DNA of 64,000 nt from contig CAYMUT010000018.1 in the NCBI GenBank assembly GCA_964393625.1, forward strand, positions 33,564 through 97,563, in the 5' to 3' direction. Under the pieces are notes generated by a model. The model had not been told where the DNA came from and made no database searches. It was given only the letters and a program-made list of their open reading frames with translations. A program made the position numbers and the translations under genes. Below are positions 44,129 to 50,762 of this stretch, piece by piece. This DNA is from an uncultured Pseudomonadales bacterium. GTDB taxonomy: Bacteria; Pseudomonadota; Gammaproteobacteria; Pseudomonadales; Azotimanducaceae. Numbering within the stretch: position 1 is the stretch's first letter; every line of letters starts with the position of its first letter.

Positions 44129-45175
44129 TTGGGGTCAGTACAGAAACGGGTTCATGAGGTCCAGGACGATCTTCTCAGTGCCATCGACTACTGCTATGAG
44201 CAGGGCTGGACAGATGGGCTGCCGGTGGTGCCGCCGGAGCGATCCCGGGTCGAGGCCATGCTGGGCATGGAAGGCCGGCCGCCGGAAACGGTCATAGCGA
44301 CGCATCCTGCGACCGGGCTTGAATTGTCTATCCATGCCGCCGCGGTCAATGCGGTGATGGCCGGGTGCCTGCCTGAGTACTTTCCTGTAGTGGTGGCTGC
44401 CATGGAGGCCATGGATAAGAAACCATTTACCTTTCACGGCAGTACCGCCAGCACCGGTGGTTCCGCGCCGTTGCTCATCGTCAGTGGACCGGTGGTAGAT
44501 GAGATCGGCATGAACAGTGGCGCTAACCTGTTTGGTCCGGGTAATCGGGCCAACGCGACCATCGGGCGTGCGGTGCGGTTGATCATTCTCAACGTTTTCC
44601 GCATGACACCAGGTATCGCTGACAAATCTACCCAGGGGCACCCCGGCAAATTCAGTTTCTGCATCGCCGAGCGCGGGGATGTTAACCCGTGGCCCGGCCT
44701 TAACGAGGATCTCGGGTATGGCCCGGATATCTCCTGCGTGGTGACTTTTGCCGGGGCTGGTTTCTGCAATGTGGAAAACCATGGCGCCGGCGATGCCGAG
44801 GGAATCCTGCTGTCGGTGGCCGACAGCATGGCCAACCTGGGCTGTATTACACTGGGCCAGAGTGTGGTCGTGCTGTCGCCTGAGCATGCCGGCATCATTG
44901 CCAATGATGGCTGGTCAAAGCAGCGTGTTCAGGAGTTCCTGTTTGAGCACGCGCGGCGCAGTGTCGCGGATATGCAGGAGGCGGGCAAGTACATGACACG
45001 GGAGCATGAACGGCAGGGCAGGGATGACATGCATCGCGGTCTTGGTCCGGAAGACATTCTGATCACGGTTGGCGGCGGTGACGCGGGTGGCCACAGTGCG
45101 TTCATACCTTCATGGAGTCGGGGTAGAAGTTCAATTATGCAGCACCAGGCCATTGGTGTGTGCATTGACTGTTAG
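44129..45175 (+). CDS. hypothetical protein (348 aa), partner of the UGSC selenoprotein candidate
   Basis: No family recognised. TTG start with AGGGGG 7 nt upstream; it is the only in-frame start codon before residue 44. Soluble and Gly-rich, ending in the CxxC-like tail GVCIDC. Its TAG stop sits inside the AGGAGG Shine-Dalgarno of the next gene. Confidence 0.6.
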   Translation: MGSVQKRVHEVQDDLLSAIDYCYEQGWTDGLPVVPPERSRVEAMLGMEGRPPETVIATHPATGLELSIHAAAVNAVMAGCLPEYFPVVVAAMEAMDKKPFTFHGSTASTGGSAPLLIVSGPVVDEIGMNSGANLFGPGNRANATIGRAVRLIILNVFRMTPGIADKSTQGHPGKFSFCIAERGDVNPWPGLNEDLGYGPDISCVVTFAGAGFCNVENHGAGDAEGILLSVADSMANLGCITLGQSVVVLSPEHAGIIANDGWSKQRVQEFLFEHARRSVADMQEAGKYMTREHERQGRDDMHRGLGPEDILITVGGGDAGGHSAFIPSWSRGRSSIMQHQAIGVCIDC

Positions 45176-45183
45176 GAGGCGCA

Positions 45184-45705
45184 ATGGAACTGATTGATCC
45201 CACTGTCGAGGGTGCCGAACAGAATAGATCACGTGCGCCGGCCATAAGCGATCTGCACGGATTGACGATCGGGCTGCTGTCCAACGGTAAAGCGAATGCT
45301 GATCACCTGATCGGAAAGACCGCCGATCTGCTGGTCGAACGGTTCGGCGGCAGGCGCCTCGATGTTCTATACAAGAAACATCCGAGCGAGCCGGCTCCCG
45401 GCGAGCTGCTGACCAACCTTTGCCACGAGTGCGACTATCTGATCACTGCTGCGGGGGACTGAGGCAGTTGTTCAACGTGCAGTGTGCATGACGGAATTAT
45501 GTTCGAACAAATGGGTAAACGTGCCGTAGTGCTGTGCACTACGCCATTTGACGTCACGTCGAAAAATATCGCCAGGGTGCTTGGCCTGGCTGACTATCCG
45601 TTCGCGCTGCTGGAACATCCGCTGGGGTCGCTGGCACAAAGCGAGGTGGATGCCAGAGCCGCGGCCGCGGCTGTGGCGAGCGTGCGGATTCTAACGGCGC
45701 CTTAG
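45184..45705 (+). CDS. UGSC-type selenoprotein candidate (173 aa; TGA 45460-45462 read as selenocysteine)
   Basis: Track ORFs 45184-45462 and 45484-45705 share one frame and are separated only by TGA plus 7 sense codons. The fused sequence reads ...LCHECDYLITAAGD-U-GSCSTCSVHDGIMFEQ.... A strong AGGAGG precedes ATG 45184. No Shine-Dalgarno or ATG serves the downstream piece. A hairpin follows the TGA. Confidence 0.65.
45468..45510 (+). other. candidate bacterial SECIS element
   Basis: Inner hairpin CGUGC-AGUGU-GCAUG (45476-45490; 5 bp including one G-U). The GU-containing apical loop starts 21 nt from the U of UGA. A possible outer helix UUGUUC (45468-45473) pairs with GAACAA (45505-45510). 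Confidence 0.4.
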
Positions 45706-45726
45706 ACCGGCTGATCAGGGGGAGAT

Positions 45727-46665
45727 ATGGGGCAACTGGTAGACGGGCGCTGGACGAACGAAGATGTTCGTCGCACTGGCGCAAAGGGTGAATTCATCCG
45801 GCCGGAGTCGCCGTTCAGGGCCTGGCTCGGTGGCTCTGCCAATGAATTTCCAGCGGTGTCGGGACGTTATCACCTGTTTGTTAACTCCGGGTGTCCCTGG
45901 GCCTACCGGACAGTGCTCTACAGGCGCTTGAAAGGCCTCGGAGAGCACATCTCATTGTCGCTAACCGAGCCTGCCGCAGGCGCTGAAGGGTGGACCTTTG
46001 GTGATCGAATGGAACCGTTGCTCGGTGCCCGGCACATTCATGACGTCTATAGTGCCGCTGACAGTGCCTTTACTGGCAGGTGCACTGTGCCGGTTTTATG
46101 GGACAAGCAGCGGCGTACCATCGTCAACAATGAGTCTTCTGAAATCATCCGCATGTTGAACAGTGAATTTGACGGGCTCGAGGGGGTGAGCGCAGATGAT
46201 TTCTACCCTGAGGCCAAGCGCGATGAGATCGATGGGTTGAATAACCTCATCTATCGCACGGTGAATAACGGCGTGTACCGATGTGGATTTGCGCAGACGC
46301 AGCAGGCCTATGAAGAAGCCTTCGATGCGCTGTTTGCGACACTCGACGAGATGGATACGAGATTGGCGGATCAGCGCTACCTCTGCGGTGATCGTGTTAC
46401 CGAGGCGGATTGGCGTTTATTTTCGACGTTGATCCGATTCGACGTTGCCTACTACACACAGTTCCGCTGTAATCGGCAGATGATCAAAGACTATGAATAT
46501 CTGTGGCCCTATACGCGCGATCTGTATCAGTACCCGGGTGTGGCCGAGACAGTGAGTATTGATGCGATCAAAGGCATATATTTCGGCAGCAGGCCTCCCC
46601 GGATCATCCCCAAGGGACCCCAGATGGATTTTGAGGAACCCCATGGCAGGGGGCAGTATGTCTAA
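45727..46665 (+). CDS. glutathionyl-hydroquinone reductase (Xi-class GST, YqjG-like)
   Basis: Catalytic motif SGCPWAYRTVLYRRLKGL (the CPWAHR type). RCTVPVLWDK and NNESSEIIRMLN. 312 aa. Confidence 0.85.
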   Translation: MGQLVDGRWTNEDVRRTGAKGEFIRPESPFRAWLGGSANEFPAVSGRYHLFVNSGCPWAYRTVLYRRLKGLGEHISLSLTEPAAGAEGWTFGDRMEPLLGARHIHDVYSAADSAFTGRCTVPVLWDKQRRTIVNNESSEIIRMLNSEFDGLEGVSADDFYPEAKRDEIDGLNNLIYRTVNNGVYRCGFAQTQQAYEEAFDALFATLDEMDTRLADQRYLCGDRVTEADWRLFSTLIRFDVAYYTQFRCNRQMIKDYEYLWPYTRDLYQYPGVAETVSIDAIKGIYFGSRPPRIIPKGPQMDFEEPHGRGQYV

Positions 46666-47827
46666 CGCCCCGGTATACGATATCGATGTTGAACGGTTCC
46701 GGGCCGACCCATACCCGGATCTGGCAGAGATGCGCAGCACCTGTCCAATCGCCTTCGTGCCGCAACTCGGTGCCACCCTGATTACCCGTCGCGCAGACAT
46801 CACTGTGTGTGAGAAAAACACAGCGGTGTTTTCTTCCTATCAGCCTGATGGTCTGATGACGGTGCTCATGGGTGAGAATCTCATGCGCAAAGATGGCCGT
46901 GCTCACATGCAGGAACGCCGGGCGATCTACCCGTCGATGTCGCCCAAGACCGTGGCGGCAGTATGGCGTGAACAGTTCAGCACTGATGCGCAGCGCCTGA
47001 TCGACGGCCTGGCCCCTCAGCAGTCTGCGGACCTGTTCTGGACCTACGCGATGCTGCTGTCGGCGGATGCACTACGGGCGATGACCGGTCTCACCAATAT
47101 GGCCCCCGAAGAAATGAATCGGGTGAGCCAGGGCATGATCGATGGTTGCGCGAACTATACGGGTGATGCTGAGGTGGAGGCGATCTGCAACGACTGCACT
47201 GCCAGCATAGACCGTCATATCGATGAGCGGTTGCCCGAGGTCCGCAGTCAGCCGGATCATTCGCTGTTGTCGGTGCAGGTGCAGGCGGATATGTCGGAAG
47301 AGCAGATCCGCGCCAACATCAAACTGTCGATATCCGGTGGACAGAATGAGCCACGCGACGCCATTGCCGGGGCGATCTGGGCCATGCTGAGGCATCCCGA
47401 ACAACTGGACATGCTGTTGCGTGGTGAAGTGAGCTGGCTGCAGGCGTTCGAGGAGTATTGCCGATGGATATCGCCCATCGGCATGTCGCCGCGGCGCATT
47501 GCGCAGGACTTTGATTACGCAGGCGTATGCTTCGAGCCGGAAGATCGAGTGTTTCTCATGTTCGGTTCAGGTAATCGGGACGAAGCGGTGTTTAGCGACC
47601 CGGACGTATTCGACATTACCCGGGATGTCTCTGCTTCGCTCAGCTTCGGCGCCGGGCCCCACTATTGCGCAGGCGCGTGGGCTTCACGTGCGCTGATCGC
47701 AGATGTGGCGTTGCCGGAATTTTTCAAGCGGGTGCATAATCCCCAGCTCGATGGAGATGTTCCATTTGGTGGATGGGCCTTTCGCGGGCCGCTGGCCCTG
47801 CCTTGTCGTTGGCAAGGGGTCGACTAG
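46658..47827 (+). CDS. cytochrome P450
   Basis: Heme loop FGAGPHYCAGAWASR and ExxR (EEYCRW). AGGGGG precedes the internal ATG 46658. The start overlaps the upstream stop by 8 nt. Confidence 0.85.
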   Translation: MSNAPVYDIDVERFRADPYPDLAEMRSTCPIAFVPQLGATLITRRADITVCEKNTAVFSSYQPDGLMTVLMGENLMRKDGRAHMQERRAIYPSMSPKTVAAVWREQFSTDAQRLIDGLAPQQSADLFWTYAMLLSADALRAMTGLTNMAPEEMNRVSQGMIDGCANYTGDAEVEAICNDCTASIDRHIDERLPEVRSQPDHSLLSVQVQADMSEEQIRANIKLSISGGQNEPRDAIAGAIWAMLRHPEQLDMLLRGEVSWLQAFEEYCRWISPIGMSPRRIAQDFDYAGVCFEPEDRVFLMFGSGNRDEAVFSDPDVFDITRDVSASLSFGAGPHYCAGAWASRALIADVALPEFFKRVHNPQLDGDVPFGGWAFRGPLALPCRWQGVD

Positions 47828-48342
47828 GAAGTCACTTCGCCGATGACCGCTGCCACCGTGCAGTGATAAGAGCGGCTTTCGGTGCCGAAACACCACAGAA
47901 TGTCATTGGCCTTCGACGGGAAATAGACCGGCTTGTCACGTTCAGCCCGGTGACAGAAACACCTGGCGCAGGTGGATTTGCCGCAGCAGTCGTTGTAAGA
48001 AATCAGATAGTCTTTACCGTCCACCGGATTACGGCAGGTGCCGACCCAGGAAATGGGTGAAATCTCTGAGCCTGGCGGGCACGAACTTACCGATCCGCCG
48101 CAGCAGGTGCACAGGGTGCCGCCCAGCGCACAGTAGCGCCAGTAGTCGCAACTCTGTGGGTCACCTATTTCTTCTGGAGGCTGCTGCTCCGCGCGGGCTA
48201 CAGGCAACACCGGCAGCAGGCTGGCGCCGACCATGGTGCTGCCCAGCTTACCGAGGAAACCCCGGCGGGAACTGCGGCGGGCGATCGCGCGGCTCGACGC
48301 ACGGGTCTTGGAATCGATCCATTCAAACAATGTCTGGTTCAT
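47824..48342 (-). CDS. TTQ-type amine dehydrogenase light chain (methylamine/aralkylamine dehydrogenase small subunit family)
   Basis: Tat-like leader SRRGFLGKLG. The Cys-rich mature domain SCDYWRYCALGGTLCTCCGGSVSSCPPGSEISPISWVGTC...DCCG...NDILWCFG...YHCTV is colinear with my memory of MauA. Both TTQ tryptophan contexts (SW and WCFG) are present. Confidence 0.85.
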   Translation of the reverse strand: MNQTLFEWIDSKTRASSRAIARRSSRRGFLGKLGSTMVGASLLPVLPVARAEQQPPEEIGDPQSCDYWRYCALGGTLCTCCGGSVSSCPPGSEISPISWVGTCRNPVDGKDYLISYNDCCGKSTCARCFCHRAERDKPVYFPSKANDILWCFGTESRSYHCTVAAVIGEVTS

Positions 48343-49472
48343 CGTGCGCCCTCCACGCTAAAGCCCTGCAGTAATCCCGGCGCGACACCGACGCTGCCGA
48401 TGCTGCGCAGCAGGACATTAGTTTTCACGTCGTAGACGTGCAGTTGTGAGTCGGCTCCGGTAACTGTGAGCAGCGGATCCTCACCTGGCGAGACATGCAG
48501 GTTGGTCCCGGGTGACGCAAGTTCGAGTCTTGCGATGCGCCGCTGGTTGCTGCGGTCATAAATCCATACTTGCGTACCCGGGTCGTCATGAGAAAACTCA
48601 CCGCCGGGATTCATCAGTACAAACAATAGATCCATGGGCGCATAGTAGGTTTTGAACTGGCCACCGCCGGGTCGCCACCCGGCGGCCAAGTCGTCTGCTT
48701 CGACCAGCGACCAGGGTTCGCTGAATTCGATCTCATCGCCATTCACAACAGCTTCGTGCACTTTGCCGTGGTAGGAAACCATCAGCCATCCCTGGGGTGT
48801 GGCGATGGGTTTGGCGAAGACCGGGTCTTTTTCCAGATCGAAAAACACCTCGCTGCGGCTGCGATCAATTTCAGCGCCATTGTCGTCCAGCTTGATCATC
48901 TGCAGCTTGCCGTCCGCACAGATCTGCAGAAACGTACGATCCGGCGTCGGCATGATCATGGAGCAGGCCGGAGTGGAAATCTCGGTGACGAACTTGCGCT
49001 GTTCAACATCGACAATGCTCACCGACATGGCGGGTGTCAGATTGAATACCGCCAGGTATCGACGATCGTCCATCATCGCAAGGTACTGGGGAAACGACAG
49101 AGCGGCGATCTTGTCGGGAATATCGATTTCGTCAACGACGGCGAAATTTTCATAATCGTAGACGGTCAGCACGTCGTTGCGTTTGCCGCGGGTACCTCGC
49201 GTGAAATAAGACTCTGCGGCATAGATCTCCTGACGTATGGGGTCGTCGACCAGGGCGGGCGTGAATGAAGGCGTGGAAATCATGCCGACCATTTCGCCGC
49301 TGGCGACATCGAGTACATAACGGGGGCCGAATGAATCTCTAGACACGACCCAGCTTGCCTGGGGTTGACCGAGGGTCTCGCGGCTTACCTGCTCGGGCTC
49401 TATGGCAAAGACGCTCTGCATGGTGGCGGCAGTGGCCAGCAGGCCGGCCAGGGCACGTGTTAATGGGCTCAT
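48339..49472 (-). CDS. TTQ-type amine dehydrogenase heavy chain (beta-propeller large subunit)
   Basis: Signal peptide. Colinear with my memory of MauB (FTRGTRGKRNDVLTVYD, GWRPGG, LHVYDVKT). Its stop overlaps the light-chain start (ATGA). Confidence 0.85.
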   Translation of the reverse strand: MSPLTRALAGLLATAATMQSVFAIEPEQVSRETLGQPQASWVVSRDSFGPRYVLDVASGEMVGMISTPSFTPALVDDPIRQEIYAAESYFTRGTRGKRNDVLTVYDYENFAVVDEIDIPDKIAALSFPQYLAMMDDRRYLAVFNLTPAMSVSIVDVEQRKFVTEISTPACSMIMPTPDRTFLQICADGKLQMIKLDDNGAEIDRSRSEVFFDLEKDPVFAKPIATPQGWLMVSYHGKVHEAVVNGDEIEFSEPWSLVEADDLAAGWRPGGGQFKTYYAPMDLLFVLMNPGGEFSHDDPGTQVWIYDRSNQRRIARLELASPGTNLHVSPGEDPLLTVTGADSQLHVYDVKTNVLLRSIGSVGVAPGLLQGFSVEGAR

Positions 49473-49527
49473 CGCTCCCCCAGAGTCATTGCAGGTGACT
49501 CAACTTTACCGCAAGCCCGGCACCTGG

Positions 49528-50181
49528 TCACCTGCAGTGCCAGGCAAATACGTGGGCAGTATTGAATTCGTCGAATTCACCCAGGTTCGGGAATGTCAGT
49601 GCCTGGATGGTGGTGAGTTGCCGATATGCCGGGTCGGGTAGTGTGGTAACCCGGGAATCTGCCACCAGCACTGTGTCGGCGTGCTGCTGGGCCAATGCCA
49701 GCAAGGGCAGGTTCTGCTTGTCGTACAGTACATCCGCCATCAGCAGCACATCGCAACGCTCCGGCAGATGCTCTGCAACCCTCATGTCAACGTCGTTCAG
49801 TGTGGCGTTGACCTCGGTGGCCAGTCGGGCGTCGGCGTCGGTATCGCAGGCAATGACTTGTGCGGCGCCGGCCAGGGCGGCGGCGATGCCGGCGACGCCG
49901 GACCCGGAACCCAGGTCGATGACGGATTTGCCGCTCACCCAGTCCGGTTGTTCCAGCAGGAATTGCGCCAGGGCCAGGCCGCTGCCCCAGCAGAAGGCCC
50001 AGTATGCCGGTTGGGCGATGACTGCGCGCATTACATCTTCCGGCAGAGGACCAGTCGGAAAATTGTCATTGATCAGCCCAAGGCGTATCTCGGGTAGTTC
50101 CGGAAGCTCGGTTTCGACAATTGATGCCATCGGCAGAGTCGTCTGCAGGCGGGCCTGAAGCGCGCAGAAGCGGTTGGACAT
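49528..50181 (-). CDS. class I SAM-dependent methyltransferase (PrmA/protein-lysine MTase-like)
   Basis: Motif I VIDLGSGSGVAGIAAALAGA followed by VIACDTD. 217 aa. Confidence 0.7.
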   Translation of the reverse strand: MSNRFCALQARLQTTLPMASIVETELPELPEIRLGLINDNFPTGPLPEDVMRAVIAQPAYWAFCWGSGLALAQFLLEQPDWVSGKSVIDLGSGSGVAGIAAALAGAAQVIACDTDADARLATEVNATLNDVDMRVAEHLPERCDVLLMADVLYDKQNLPLLALAQQHADTVLVADSRVTTLPDPAYRQLTTIQALTFPNLGEFDEFNTAHVFAWHCR

Positions 50182-50222
50182 TTGGATTTGAGGACGCCTT
50201 CAGGTGTGTGTTGCGAAGGTGG

Positions 50223-50582
50223 CTATAATGCCTGAGCCTGGCGGCGAATATATAGCAGACCGAGCGTGCCCAGCACCAGTACGACATAGTAAGAAAAGTC
50301 CAGAACGGGAGCGGAATCCTGCGATTCCGCCCGCACGTCCTGGTAAACACCGTTTGCGGTAGCGCCCGGCGTAGACTCATGTGGCTCCACGTCTGGCAGC
50401 GCTGCCAGCATTGAGCTCGTTTTAATGGTACTTGCCTCGGGCAGGCCTTCAGCTTCCGCGTGAAGCGGTGTCCACGCTAGAAGAACGAGTAAGATTGAAA
50501 GTAACGGACTAAATCTCACTGTTGTGGCTTGCTGTCTGAAGTACGGGGCCAGTGTAGAGCAAGCGCGAGTCTGAATCTGCAT
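50223..50582 (-). CDS. hypothetical secreted protein with C-terminal TM/basic anchor
   Basis: From the internal ATG 50582. Signal peptide ...LLSILLVLLAWTPLHA/EAEG, an acidic and Ser/Thr-containing middle region, and C-terminal YYVVLVLGTLGLLYIRRQAQAL. Confidence 0.4.
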   Translation of the reverse strand: MQIQTRACSTLAPYFRQQATTVRFSPLLSILLVLLAWTPLHAEAEGLPEASTIKTSSMLAALPDVEPHESTPGATANGVYQDVRAESQDSAPVLDFSYYVVLVLGTLGLLYIRRQAQAL

Positions 50583-50762
50583 GGCAGGTGTATCTGCATG
50601 TAATGACCTCGTAAATTTACCCGGGCGGGTTGAGTTGGCCGGAATCGGCCGGGGCAAGCCTCGACATTGAATTCAGAACCTGCTTTCATAACGAGTTTGA
50701 TATTTACCAGAAACTAAAGCGCCAGTTCAGGCGTCTGCCTGTACAGCGACGTATCAAAGGGG

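Noticed and set aside
45484-45705. A stand-alone 73-aa gene starting at GTG 45484, as listed in the ORF track.
   Set aside because: It has no Shine-Dalgarno and no ATG. It is in the same frame as the upstream 92-aa ORF. Only TGA plus 7 sense codons separate them, and those codons complete a UGSCSTC motif. It is better explained as the C-terminal half of one recoded selenoprotein.
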